Part shown: in pieces, positions 26,582-36,142 of the stretch
Layout of the letters: every line of letters starts with the position of its first letter
How positions within the stretch are numbered: position 1 is the first letter of the stretch
Assembly: GCA_035550735.1 (NCBI GenBank)
Contig: DASZOM010000033.1
Span: 17,444 to 81,443 of the forward strand
From: Acidimicrobiia bacterium
Lineage (GTDB): Bacteria > Actinomycetota > Acidimicrobiia > Spongiisociales > ZC4RG35
DNA length: 64,000 nucleotides
Direction: 5' to 3'
Translations under genes and position numbers: made by a program
The notes under the pieces: model-generated
What the model saw: only the letters and a program-made list of their open reading frames with translations
Told to the model about the DNA's origin: nothing
Database searches by the model: none

Positions 26582-27583
26582 TCAGCCCACCCCGGCGAAC
26601 GGTCGCTCCGCGGGGCCCTTGCGCACGACCGCGCTCCACACGGTCTCGTAGTGGTCCCGGTCGTAACGGTCGACCTGGGGGAGGACGAACTCCTCCCACG
26701 CCGAGCGGAGCGGGTCGTCCCCGTCGGCGTAGATGAAAAGGCCCGTCGGGAGACGGTCGAGCACCGAGCGCAGCGAGAGCGGCGTCTCGACCCGGGTGCC
26801 CGAGTCGGAGGCGTCGAACGAGGCATTGATCTCCACGGTGAGCCGGGCGATCGCATCGACGAAGGAGTCCTTCAGGTTGGGGTATCGCCTGCCCAGCATC
26901 GCCTTGACCTGCTCCTCGACCGGGAACTTCTTCTCCCAGATCACCCAGCGGTCGGCGAAAGCCTTGTTGAGGGTCTGGGTGCCGGCGTAGTCCCTGATGT
27001 CGGTGGGGTTCATCGTCCCGAAGATCCTCACGTCGTCACGCAAGGGGACGGTCTCCCCATGGGGCAGATCGAGGGCGGCGTAGCGGTCGAGAAGACCGTG
27101 CAGGGCGAACAGGGTCTCGGCGCCCGCCGCGTTCAACTCTGAGAGGTTGAGTAGTGACGGGCCGCGGAGGGCGCGGGTGATGTCACCGTCCTCCCACCTG
27201 CTCTCGGTCCCACCCTTCCCGTCGCCGTGGAGACGGGTCGAGCCGATCAGGGTCACGTCGCGGACCTCGCCGGTCAGCGGGATCCGGAAGTAGGGGAGCC
27301 CGAGCAAGGCGGCGAATTGCTCGATGTCGTGGTCCTTGCCCGTCCCCATGTGCCCGCGCACGGCCACGTGCAGCGGGACCAGCCCCTCGGCGTCCGAGCG
27401 GCGGGCCTGCTCTACCTGGGCGAACCTGTAGAGCATCCCCAGATCGACGTAGTAGGGGTCGGGCTCGGGAATCTTCCTGGTGCGCAGCTCGAAGTCGTCT
27501 GCGTTCCGGGGAACCTCGAACCTGTCCAGCTCGATGGGCTTCCCCTCGCCACTCGGGTCGTTGAACACAACTTTCTCAGGCAA
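26582..27583 (-). CDS. MoxR-class AAA+ ATPase of the CbbQ/NorQ/GvpN subfamily
   Basis: It has Walker A GHMGTGKD and sensor/arginine region VRIFGTMNPTDIRDYAGTQTLNKAFADRW. A PYY motif lies about 30 aa before the P-loop, as in CbbQ. The TTG at 27583 has an AGGAGA SD at 5-nt spacing. The track's GTG at 27613 would overlap the upstream gene by 38 nt. Confidence 0.7.
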   Translation of the reverse strand: MPEKVVFNDPSGEGKPIELDRFEVPRNADDFELRTRKIPEPDPYYVDLGMLYRFAQVEQARRSDAEGLVPLHVAVRGHMGTGKDHDIEQFAALLGLPYFRIPLTGEVRDVTLIGSTRLHGDGKGGTESRWEDGDITRALRGPSLLNLSELNAAGAETLFALHGLLDRYAALDLPHGETVPLRDDVRIFGTMNPTDIRDYAGTQTLNKAFADRWVIWEKKFPVEEQVKAMLGRRYPNLKDSFVDAIARLTVEINASFDASDSGTRVETPLSLRSVLDRLPTGLFIYADGDDPLRSAWEEFVLPQVDRYDRDHYETVWSAVVRKGPAERPFAGVG

Positions 27584-29660
27584 TTGATCTCTCCTCGTGA
27601 TATTCGGATGCACGTAGCCACCAGGTATCCATGCCCGAGAGGGCGAGACTGCGGCGCAGGGCGCCTCTCGTCCCCTCGATCATGGCCCTGGTCAGCCGGT
27701 CCGGTCTCTCGACGACTTCATGTCGGTGATAGGCCTGGTCGACGGTGTGGTCACCTATTCCGATGCCGATCACCGTCGTCCCGGTGGATTCAACGGACTC
27801 GACGGAGCGGGCCAACGCCTCGACCGAGCCCCGGGTCATCCCGTCGGCGAGGACCATCAGGAGCCGGACATCGGCGCCGAGCCGGCCCATTCTCTCGCCG
27901 GCGTGGATCACGTTGAACTCGTCGACGTTGGCCGCCTTCTCGAAGAGCGAGACCGGGGGTGACGAGCGGGCGTCGCGCCGGGCCAGGGCGGCGGCACGTC
28001 GCGGGTTCATCGCGGTGAAGAAGAGCCCGGCCAGGGTGTCCTGGCTGTCCCTCCAACGTCTGTCGAAAGATTTGACCAGGTAGTGGTTGACCGTCGAGGT
28101 GAGCCGGTCAGCCGCCGATCCCTGTGATCTCTTCAGGCCGGCGGTGGCCGCCGACCGACCCCGCAGATAGGAGTCCTCGGTGTCCTCGGGCCTGGCGGCG
28201 AAGCCCCGGTTGAACAGGGCTACCTCGAAGTCGATCTGCAGCTCGTCGCACAGCCGGGCCATGCTCCAGGCGCCGAGCAGGGCGGAGGGCATGGCCCATT
28301 GGGTGGAGGAAGCGGCGTTGCGGCCGGGGCTCAGCATCGAGGCGGAACCGTCGACGAGCAACGACACCGCATAACGCCGCCTGGTGCGTGAGGCGCGCCG
28401 CTCGTACAGACGCTGGTACAGCCCGGCTCCGATGAAGAGGGCGGCGTGGGGGGAGACGTCGCCCTGGTCGAAACCGGATCTGAGCCCGCGCCTCTGGTTG
28501 GCGGCGAAGAGGGGGAAGAGCTCGCCGGAGACATGGCGCTGGTCGACGTTCCAGCGCCGCGACGCCTGTTCGATCGCGGCCATGCCCTCGGCGCCGAATC
28601 CGGCGAACGCCTCGGGGATCGGGGTGACCAGGAGCTTCCCGCCCTGACCGGTCGGCAGGAACACCTCGGGTGCCTGGCTGACCCGGAGCAGCTGGTTGGT
28701 CGACTCGTCATCGGCGCGATCCGATGCGCCGCGACGGTCGGAGGCGCCGGAGCGCGCCTCGGCGGCGCGGCGGGTCTCCTCGTAGGACTCGGAGTCGGTG
28801 ACGATCGGGGAGATGAGCCGCACCGTGTCCACGCCTTCGGCCGCCTTCTCGGCGTCGAGTCGCTGCGCCGCTTTTCGCTGGGCGCTGGACGCCGATGCGT
28901 CGACCTCTGTGATCAGGCCATGTGCCCTGGCGATGGCCTCGAGCTCGAGGGCGAGTCGTGCCACGTACCAGGGGTCGTCACTGTCGCCGGCCGCATGACA
29001 CTGGGCGGTGGCCTCGTCGAGGGCCACCGCGGCCCGGGCTTCGAATCTTCTCTCCAGCACCTCACGATCCACATACCCGGCGGTGAGCAGGAAGCATCCG
29101 AGCACGAACTGGCTGAGTGCCCCGGAACGCTGGATCGCCTGGCTCAGAGAGGAGAGATAGAGGTCCTGTAGCACGGAGCGGGCTCCCGGGTAGATCGAGA
29201 GCCCCTGTGCCTCCTGACGGGCGTCTTCGAGGGAGAAGAAGAGGACCTCGGCGACAGGCTTGCCGGTTCGCTCCAATGCGGTGAGGAGGTCGAGCTCGGC
29301 ATCGGGTCGCCTCTCCCCGTCGACCGGCCAATCGTCGGGCAGCGGCCGGGTCTCGTCCAGGTTGGTGGCGACCAGGTGGAGCACCTCGTGCAACGCCGAG
29401 GCGAGGGCGACCTCGTCGGGGGTGACAGGGGCGTTGCGGTGGTATGCGGCCTGGAAGATGCGCGGGTCGCAGACGATCTCGTCGGCGGAAGCGGAGGACT
29501 CGGGGCCCAGCCTGACCTTGAGGTTGGGGTTCTCCGCCAGAGTGCGGGCGAGCCGGGTCACGGCAGGGGCCACCCTCTGGTAGCGGCCGACCACGGCCTC
29601 GATGGCCTGGTCTTTGGGGCCGATCAGGTCGGTCAGGAATGTCTGGTCGCGTCCGCGCAC
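27576..29660 (-). CDS. Large VWA-domain protein, NorD/CbbO-like partner of the AAA+ ATPase
   Basis: The 694-aa protein has a C-terminal von Willebrand A domain with a MIDAS motif (YAVSLLVDGSASM). It has a long N-terminal region with no recognisable domain, as in CbbO/NorD. It overlaps the ATPase gene. Confidence 0.65.
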   Translation of the reverse strand: MRGRDQTFLTDLIGPKDQAIEAVVGRYQRVAPAVTRLARTLAENPNLKVRLGPESSASADEIVCDPRIFQAAYHRNAPVTPDEVALASALHEVLHLVATNLDETRPLPDDWPVDGERRPDAELDLLTALERTGKPVAEVLFFSLEDARQEAQGLSIYPGARSVLQDLYLSSLSQAIQRSGALSQFVLGCFLLTAGYVDREVLERRFEARAAVALDEATAQCHAAGDSDDPWYVARLALELEAIARAHGLITEVDASASSAQRKAAQRLDAEKAAEGVDTVRLISPIVTDSESYEETRRAAEARSGASDRRGASDRADDESTNQLLRVSQAPEVFLPTGQGGKLLVTPIPEAFAGFGAEGMAAIEQASRRWNVDQRHVSGELFPLFAANQRRGLRSGFDQGDVSPHAALFIGAGLYQRLYERRASRTRRRYAVSLLVDGSASMLSPGRNAASSTQWAMPSALLGAWSMARLCDELQIDFEVALFNRGFAARPEDTEDSYLRGRSAATAGLKRSQGSAADRLTSTVNHYLVKSFDRRWRDSQDTLAGLFFTAMNPRRAAALARRDARSSPPVSLFEKAANVDEFNVIHAGERMGRLGADVRLLMVLADGMTRGSVEALARSVESVESTGTTVIGIGIGDHTVDQAYHRHEVVERPDRLTRAMIEGTRGALRRSLALSGMDTWWLRASEYHEERSIA

Positions 29661-29717
29661 AAGCCGTCCATTGTCTCACGTCGTGTCAAGTCGCCCCAAC
29701 CGGCTTCACCCTTGGCG

Positions 29718-30998
29718 GTGGCGGGCTATACCCTTCCCCGCGTGCACTACGACTTCACCACGCTTCCCAACGGCCTGCGCGTCCTCACCGAGTCGATGCC
29801 CTCTCTCCGCTCCGTGGCCCTGGGTTGCTGGATCGACACCGGCACGCGTGACGAGAACGACAACGAGGCCGGTGTCTCCCACTTCCTCGAGCACCTGCTG
29901 TTCAAGGGCTCGGAGAAGCTCTCCGCCCGGGATGTGAACGAGACGCTCGACGCCATCGGGGCCGAGTCGAATGCATTCACCTCCAAGGAGACGACCTGCT
30001 ACTGGGCCCGTCTCCTCGACCAGGACCTAGCGGTCGGTCTCGACGTGCTGTCCGAGATCATCCAGCGGCCCGCGTTTCGCCCCAACGAGATCGACTCGGA
30101 GCGCCAAGTGGTCGTCGAGGAGATCAACATGAACGACGACGACCCCGGCGACGTCGTCTTCGAGAACTTCAGCACCGCCGTCTTCGCCGGGCATCCTCTG
30201 GAAGAGCCGGTCCTGGGCACGCGGGAGTCGATCCGGGCGATGACCCGGGACGACATCCTGGGCTACTGGAAGCGCCGTTACGGGACCGGTTCGATGGTGG
30301 TGGCCGCGGCCGGGTCTGTGGACCACGAGACGTTGGTCGGGATGGTGGCCGAGCGCTTCGGCGACTGGGCCGGGGACCCTGTCGACCACCAGTTCGGCAA
30401 GGTCGAGATCGAGCCCCGTGTCAACATCACCAGCCGGGAGACCGAGCAGGCCCATCTCATCCTCGGTGGCGCCGGGCTCGACCGCAAGGACGAGAGGCGT
30501 TGGGCGTTCGAGGTTCTCAATCACGTCATGGGGTCGGGAATGTCCTCACGTCTGTTCCGCGAGGTCCGTGAGGAGCGGGGTCTCGCCTACGCCGTCTACG
30601 GGTTCAAGCTCGCCTATGCCGACAATGGCGGCTGGGGTGTCCACGTCGGCACCACACCACATCAGACCGACACCGCCATGGGTGTCATCCGCGACGAGCT
30701 GGACAAGGTGGTGGCCGAGGGGATCACCCCCGAGGAGCTGGAGCGCGCCAAGGGCTCGATGCGCGGAGGGCTCGCCCTGTCACTGGAGGACGCCAACAGC
30801 CGCATGGTCCGTCTCGGCCGGGACGAGCTGGCGGGCATGCCCCATCTCTCCGTCGACGAGCGTCTCGAGAAGCTGGACGGCGTCGACCTCGACATGGTCA
30901 AGTCGGTCGCCGTCGAGATCTACGGGGCCCCGGTCAGGGTGATGGGCGCCGTCGGCCCCTTCGAAGAGGGCGAGCTGGACAAGTATCTCGAGGTCTGA
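29718..30998 (+). CDS. M16-family (pitrilysin/insulinase-like) zinc peptidase
   Basis: It has TLPNGLRV and HFLEHLLFKG (the inverted HxxEH zinc motif). A GTG at 29718 is the likely start, and a TTG at 29712 is an alternative. Confidence 0.8.
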   Translation: MAGYTLPRVHYDFTTLPNGLRVLTESMPSLRSVALGCWIDTGTRDENDNEAGVSHFLEHLLFKGSEKLSARDVNETLDAIGAESNAFTSKETTCYWARLLDQDLAVGLDVLSEIIQRPAFRPNEIDSERQVVVEEINMNDDDPGDVVFENFSTAVFAGHPLEEPVLGTRESIRAMTRDDILGYWKRRYGTGSMVVAAAGSVDHETLVGMVAERFGDWAGDPVDHQFGKVEIEPRVNITSRETEQAHLILGGAGLDRKDERRWAFEVLNHVMGSGMSSRLFREVREERGLAYAVYGFKLAYADNGGWGVHVGTTPHQTDTAMGVIRDELDKVVAEGITPEELERAKGSMRGGLALSLEDANSRMVRLGRDELAGMPHLSVDERLEKLDGVDLDMVKSVAVEIYGAPVRVMGAVGPFEEGELDKYLEV

Positions 30999-31021
30999 GA
31001 GGCCTCAGCTGAGGTCGGAGT

Positions 31022-31372
31022 TCAGTCCCCTAGCGTGAACTGGACAGACATCGGCGGCTCGTCGATGTCGACCACACCGGCCGATGGGTCGGCGGGTCGC
31101 TCGATCACCAGAGCGCCGCCGAGCTCATGCACTCCGTCGTCGACGGGCCAGCCGAGACTGCGCACCGTTGAGACCGGGCCCGCCATGGAGACCCAGAGGA
31201 CCGAATCCTGTGCCTGGGTCAACTCGACCAGCAGCTCGGCGCCATCGATCGGACGCAGGTGCTCGCCGGGCCCCCCCGCCGCAAAGACGGCGACGGAGCC
31301 CCCTACAACCGTCGCCGCCAGACCTGCGGCCACTCCCAACCCGGCGAGACGTCGAGTGATCACTCCCTGCAT
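31022..31372 (-). CDS. Hypothetical small secreted protein
   Basis: It has an N-terminal signal-like segment (LAGLGVAAGLAATVVGGSVAVFAAG). No domain was recognised. Confidence 0.35.
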   Translation of the reverse strand: MQGVITRRLAGLGVAAGLAATVVGGSVAVFAAGGPGEHLRPIDGAELLVELTQAQDSVLWVSMAGPVSTVRSLGWPVDDGVHELGGALVIERPADPSAGVVDIDEPPMSVQFTLGD

Positions 31373-31405
31373 GCGTCCGCCACCGTAAGTGGCGAGGGGC
31401 CGACA

Positions 31406-31780
31406 TCAAATGGCTATCTCGACAAACTGCGAAAGGACTAGTCCATAGAGCAGTGCCACGAGCACCGTCACCAGCACCCGGCCGAGCACGTTTCGCCCGC
31501 GATTGTCGGCGCCCCGGGCGAGGAGGAAGGCGAGCACCACCCACAGGGTGATGTCGAGCGGCCAGGCGATCACCAGATCGCCAGAGACGAGACCGAAGAT
31601 GGCGGAGAGGGGCAGCCCCGCGTAGAGAAGGACGAGTCCCACCGTCTCACACCCCGACTCACAGGACCTGTCCCCGACCATGGTCAGGCCGATGGCCATG
31701 AACACCACGGCGATGCCGACGAGCACACCGGTGGCGATGGCTGCGCTGCGACAGCCCGGTGGCTCGGATCGGCTGGGCAC
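31406..31780 (-). CDS. Hypothetical small membrane protein
   Basis: It has 3-4 hydrophobic helices. No domain was recognised. Confidence 0.35.
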   Translation of the reverse strand: MPSRSEPPGCRSAAIATGVLVGIAVVFMAIGLTMVGDRSCESGCETVGLVLLYAGLPLSAIFGLVSGDLVIAWPLDITLWVVLAFLLARGADNRGRNVLGRVLVTVLVALLYGLVLSQFVEIAI

Positions 31781-31854
31781 GGAGGCGGGATCGTACGTGT
31801 CCCCCGCCCGGGTTCGAAACGGCGGCTAGCTTCACCGTCGATCGGAGGATTGAG

Positions 31855-32307
31855 ATGGAATTTCGAGATGTCCTGCTGGTGCTCCACATCGCAGGTGCCG
31901 GCACCTGGCTGGGCGCCAACGTCGTCCAGGCCGTGGCGCCGCCGGCGCTCGCTCGAACCGGCGCAGGAGCGCTCGCCGGCTGGTACCGGACCACGAAGCA
32001 ATTCAGCACCCGTCTCTACATCCCGGCGTCCCTCCTCATCTTGGTGACCGGGGTGCTCATGGTCCTGCAGAGCGACGCCTACGGATTCGCCTCCACGTTC
32101 GTCACGATCGGCTTCGGGATGCTCATAGTCGGCGGGATCCTGGGCAGGCTCGTGTTCGAGCCGGGTGGGCAGGCTGCGGCCGAGGCGGTCGAGTCGGAGG
32201 ATGCGACCGCCATCCGGGCCGCCACGGGAAGACTGGCCACCTTCGGAGTGATCGACACACTGCTGCTGCTGTTCACGATCACCGCCATGGTGCTCCGTCT
32301 GGATTGA
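31855..32307 (+). CDS. Hypothetical membrane protein (4 TM, DUF2269-like)
   Basis: An ATG at 31855 gives MEFRDVLLVLHIAGAGTWLGANVV. Track ORF 31759..32307 has an implausible R-rich N-terminus. Confidence 0.4.
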   Translation: MEFRDVLLVLHIAGAGTWLGANVVQAVAPPALARTGAGALAGWYRTTKQFSTRLYIPASLLILVTGVLMVLQSDAYGFASTFVTIGFGMLIVGGILGRLVFEPGGQAAAEAVESEDATAIRAATGRLATFGVIDTLLLLFTITAMVLRLD

Positions 32308-32329
32308 CCGAAGCGCTCCTCAGCCTGTC

Positions 32330-33628
32330 GTGACCCGGGCCCGGCACCTGCTCATCATCGTGGTGTTGACCACGGTGGCTTGCACCGGGAACGCCCCCGG
32401 CGGTGGTGGTGTGAACGTCGGTGGCGAGACAACCATCGTCGAACAGCCGACCACCACGACGACGGTTGCCCCCACCACCACGTCGCCTCCCCACTTCTCC
32501 ATCCAGGGCAAGGTCACACGCGACGACGGGACCCCGGTTGCCAGGGCGTTCGTGACCATGGGCGACACGCTGGCGATCAGTGGGGCCGACGGCTGGTTCT
32601 CCTTCGAGACCGTCGAGCCCCAGACCATGACGGTGGGCAAGCCCGGGTGGTCGAGCGTCGAAGTCACATGGGACGAGGCCACCGTCTTCTACGAGGCCAC
32701 GATCAACCCGGAGCGGATCCGGGGGATCAGGGTCAGCGCCGAGGCGGCCGGCGACGACGCCAAGTTCGCCTCTCTGCTCCAGCTCGCCGACCAGACAGCC
32801 ATCAACGCCATGGTCTTCGACAGCAAGCAGGAGGGCGGCACCGTCCTCTACGACACCGGTGTCGCCGAGGCACACGAGATCGGTGCCGTCAGCGTGATCT
32901 ACGACCCCCGGGCCCGGATCGAGGAGGCTCATGCCCACGACCTCTACACGATCACCCGCATCGTCACCTTCGAGGACGCGATCCGGGCGGCGGCCCGACC
33001 GGAGGAGAAGCTGGTGGGGCCGTGGCTCGATCCCAAGGCGGAGACCGCCCGCGCCTACATCCTGGCCCTCGCCGCCGATGCCTGCGAGATCGGCTTCGAC
33101 GAGATCCAGTTCGACTACATCCGTTACCCGTCGGGGAGCACGGCCGAGCTGACCGGCCAGCTCGACATGACTCAGGACGAGCGGGTCGCGGTCATGGCCG
33201 ACTTCCTCGCCGCGGCGCGTGAGCTGCTGCACCCGATGGGGTGCGCGGTGAGCGCAGACGTCTACGGGATCGTCGTGTCCACCCTGGACGACCAGGGGAT
33301 AGGGCAGCGTCCGGAGGAGCTGTCGGCCCACATCGACGCCCTCAGCCCGATGGTCTACCCCAGTCACTACTCACCGGGTTGGATCGGGTTCGAGGACCCC
33401 AACGAGCACCCTTATGACGTGACCGCCGATGCGATCACCGACGCCCTGCCCCGCATGGAGGTTGGAGCCCTGCTCAGGCCATACCTGCAGGCCTTCTATT
33501 GGACCGACGAGCAGATCCGACGATCGATCCAGGCCGCCGAGGACAACGGAGTGGGGTGGATCCTGTGGAACGTGCGCAGCAACTACGACCGCGCGGCGAT
33601 CCCCACCGACGCCGAGCTGGCGCCCTGA
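32330..33628 (+). CDS. Lipoprotein with putative glycoside-hydrolase-like TIM-barrel domain (DUF4015/GHL10-like)
   Basis: It has a VACTG lipobox and a Thr-rich linker. The FDEIQFDYIRYP and MVYPSHY motifs are typical of the family. Confidence 0.55.
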   Translation: MTRARHLLIIVVLTTVACTGNAPGGGGVNVGGETTIVEQPTTTTTVAPTTTSPPHFSIQGKVTRDDGTPVARAFVTMGDTLAISGADGWFSFETVEPQTMTVGKPGWSSVEVTWDEATVFYEATINPERIRGIRVSAEAAGDDAKFASLLQLADQTAINAMVFDSKQEGGTVLYDTGVAEAHEIGAVSVIYDPRARIEEAHAHDLYTITRIVTFEDAIRAAARPEEKLVGPWLDPKAETARAYILALAADACEIGFDEIQFDYIRYPSGSTAELTGQLDMTQDERVAVMADFLAAARELLHPMGCAVSADVYGIVVSTLDDQGIGQRPEELSAHIDALSPMVYPSHYSPGWIGFEDPNEHPYDVTADAITDALPRMEVGALLRPYLQAFYWTDEQIRRSIQAAEDNGVGWILWNVRSNYDRAAIPTDAELAP

Positions 33629-33657
33629 GCCCTCCCGTCCCACCATACGATCTGACG

Positions 33658-34548
33658 ATGAAGATTGGAGTCCAGCTTCCCGAGGTGGAGCGCTCCGTCA
33701 CCTGGGCGGAGGTGCGCGAGGTGGCGGTCACCGCGGAGCAGTGTGGGTTCGACTCGATCTGGGTCGGGGACCATCTGCTCTACCGGGATCGAATCGGGTC
33801 GAGCGGGCCCTGGGAGGCCTGGTCGACCCTGGCGGCCCTTGCCGAGGCCACGGAGCGGGTGGAGCTCGGGCCACTGGTGGCGGCCACCTCGTTCCACAAC
33901 CCGGCGATGATCGCCAAGAAGGCGGCGACGGTCGACGAGATAAGTGGAGGCCGGCTCGTCCTCGGTCTCGGGGCCGGGTGGAATCGGGTCGAGTACGACG
34001 CGTTCGGGTTTCCCTACGACCGGAGGGTCGACCGCTTCGCTGAGGCCTTCACCATCATCCGGACGCTGATCCGGGAGGGCTCGATCGACTTCGATGGCGA
34101 GTTCTACCGGCTGCGGGAGATGGAGCTGCTGCCGCCGGCACGACCCGGCATGAAGCTGATGATCGGCTCCAACGGGCCCCGCATGCTGCGGATCACCGCG
34201 CCGCACGTCGACATGTGGAACACCTGGCACACCTGGTTCGGCAACCGGGCCGAGGGCATGGCCCCGCTGATCGCCGGCCTGGAGGCCGCATGCGCCGAGA
34301 CCGGACGCGACCGGTCCGAGATCGAGAAGACGGCTGCGGTCTACGTCGGTCTCGCGCGGGGAGGTGGCAGGCGGGCGGGCAGCGAGGATCGGCCTGAGGT
34401 CCAGCCGATCTCGGGCAGTCCCCAGGAGATGGCGGAGTCCCTGCGCGCCTTCGCCGACGTCGGGATCGACCACATCCAGATCGTGCTCGACCCGATCGAT
34501 GCGGCCGGAGTCGAGGAACTGGCCGGGGTGATCGCCCTGATCCGATAG
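33658..34548 (+). CDS. LLM-class F420-dependent oxidoreductase (luciferase-like monooxygenase fold)
   Basis: An ATG at 33658 gives MKIGVQLPEV...WVGDHLL...GLGAGWNRVEYDAFGFPY. Track ORF 33499..34548 has a spurious N-terminus. Confidence 0.8.
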   Translation: MKIGVQLPEVERSVTWAEVREVAVTAEQCGFDSIWVGDHLLYRDRIGSSGPWEAWSTLAALAEATERVELGPLVAATSFHNPAMIAKKAATVDEISGGRLVLGLGAGWNRVEYDAFGFPYDRRVDRFAEAFTIIRTLIREGSIDFDGEFYRLREMELLPPARPGMKLMIGSNGPRMLRITAPHVDMWNTWHTWFGNRAEGMAPLIAGLEAACAETGRDRSEIEKTAAVYVGLARGGGRRAGSEDRPEVQPISGSPQEMAESLRAFADVGIDHIQIVLDPIDAAGVEELAGVIALIR

Positions 34549-34557
34549 GTTTCGGGC

Positions 34558-35190
34558 ATGGAGCTCCGATCGAACACCTTCGCCGACGGCGCCGCCATCC
34601 CGGCGAAGTGCGCCCTGGCCAAGCCCCATCCCGAGGACCGGGTGACCTTCTCCGACAACGTCAACCCCCATCTGGAATGGAGTGACGTCCCCGAGGGGAC
34701 CAAGTCGTTCGCCATCGTCGTCCACGACTACGACGTCCCCAGCGTGGGCGACGACGTCAACCAACCCGACCGGGAGGTGCCCGAGGATCTGGCACGGGTC
34801 GACTTCTTCCACTGGGTCCTCATCGACCTCCCCGCCGACAAGCGGTCGATCGAGGAAGGCGAGTTCTGCAGTGGTGTCACCGAAGGGGGTAAGGACGTGC
34901 GACGCGGCCCGCACGGGACACGCCAGGGTCTCAACGACTTCACCGGGTGGTTCGAGGGCGACCCCGTCATGGGTGGTGACTACTACGGCTACGACGGTCC
35001 CGCCCCTCCCTGGAACGACTCGATCCCCCATCACTACAGATTCACCGTCTATGCCCTCGACGTGGAGAACCTCGAGGTCGGAGACGATCCCTTCACCGGG
35101 AAGGACGTGTGGGAGGCGATCGAGGGCCATGTCCTCGCCCAGGCCTCGATCGCGGGCACATACACCCAGAATCCGAGGCTGGCGAGCTAG
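34558..35190 (+). CDS. YbhB/YbcL-family PEBP (Raf-kinase-inhibitor-like) protein
   Basis: It has the PEBP signature HWVLIDLP...HHYRFTVYALD. Confidence 0.8.
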   Translation: MELRSNTFADGAAIPAKCALAKPHPEDRVTFSDNVNPHLEWSDVPEGTKSFAIVVHDYDVPSVGDDVNQPDREVPEDLARVDFFHWVLIDLPADKRSIEEGEFCSGVTEGGKDVRRGPHGTRQGLNDFTGWFEGDPVMGGDYYGYDGPAPPWNDSIPHHYRFTVYALDVENLEVGDDPFTGKDVWEAIEGHVLAQASIAGTYTQNPRLAS

Positions 35191-35591
35191 ATCGGTTCCT
35201 TCCAGACCAGGGCGGTCCCCTCCAGGACGACGACCCCGTCCTGGTCGGTCACCCGGCAGGCCAGCTTGGTCAGCGGCTTGTCGTGGCGGACTTCCAGGAC
35301 CTCCACGGTGGCCGTGATGGTGTCCCCGGGTCCGACCGGTGCCTTGAAGTCCCAATTCACGTTGAGGAACACCGAGCCCGGGCCGGGGAGGTCCTCGGCG
35401 ACGACCGCATTGAGCAGTCCGCTGGTGACACCGCCCTGGACGATGATCCGTCCGAAACGGCTCCGCTCCGCCGCAGCGGCGTCGTAATGCAGAGGGTTGC
35501 GATCGCCGGTGATCTCGGTGAAGAGCTCGATGTCCCGGGCGGTGACGGTGCGGGTCCTGGTGGCGGTGTCTCCCACCGAGAGCTCTGCCAT
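35187..35591 (-). CDS. MaoC-like (R)-specific enoyl-CoA hydratase / hotdog-fold dehydratase
   Basis: It has the hotdog-fold hydratase motif FTEITGDRNPLHYD...IVQGGVTSGL. Confidence 0.8.
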   Translation of the reverse strand: MAELSVGDTATRTRTVTARDIELFTEITGDRNPLHYDAAAAERSRFGRIIVQGGVTSGLLNAVVAEDLPGPGSVFLNVNWDFKAPVGPGDTITATVEVLEVRHDKPLTKLACRVTDQDGVVVLEGTALVWKEPI

Positions 35592-35604
35592 CAGATGGTG
35601 GCGC

Positions 35605-36114
35605 TCATTCCTCGGTGATGGTCACCTTGTTGATCACGACGTCCGAGCGGGGCCGATCGGAGCTGTCGGTGTCGCTGGAGGCGATCGAGTCGACGGCTTC
35701 CAATCCAGACCGGACCTGCCCGAAGATCGTGTAGTTGTGGGGCAGGCCGTAGTCCTCGTGCATGATGAAGAATTGCGACCCGTTGGTGTTGGGGCCTGCG
35801 TTGGCCATGGCCACGGTGCCCCGTGAGTAGGTCCCGTTGCCTTCGATCTCGTCACGGAACCGGTAGCCGGGCCCGCCCCGCCCCGTGCCGGTGGGGTCAC
35901 CACCCTGGATCATGAAGTTGGGGATGACCCGATGGAACACGACACCGTCGTAGAAACCCTCGTTGGCCAAGAAGACGAAGTTGTTGACCGTCAGCGGGGA
36001 GCGTGCTGCGTCGAGGTCGATGACGATCTCGCCGTGGTTGGTGTCCAGGGTCGCGGTGTAACCCTTGGACGAGTCGATGCTGAAGTCGGGCGCGGAGTCG
36101 TATTGCTTGGCCAT
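35605..36114 (-). CDS. Cyclophilin-type peptidyl-prolyl cis-trans isomerase
   Basis: It has the cyclophilin core GTVAMANAGPNTNGSQFFI...FGQV. An ATG at 36114 (MAKQYDS) avoids a 29-nt overlap with the upstream redoxin gene. Confidence 0.85.
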   Translation of the reverse strand: MAKQYDSAPDFSIDSSKGYTATLDTNHGEIVIDLDAARSPLTVNNFVFLANEGFYDGVVFHRVIPNFMIQGGDPTGTGRGGPGYRFRDEIEGNGTYSRGTVAMANAGPNTNGSQFFIMHEDYGLPHNYTIFGQVRSGLEAVDSIASSDTDSSDRPRSDVVINKVTITEE

Positions 36115-36142
36115 GGATGCCTTTCCGTCGTCGAGCGGGCTG

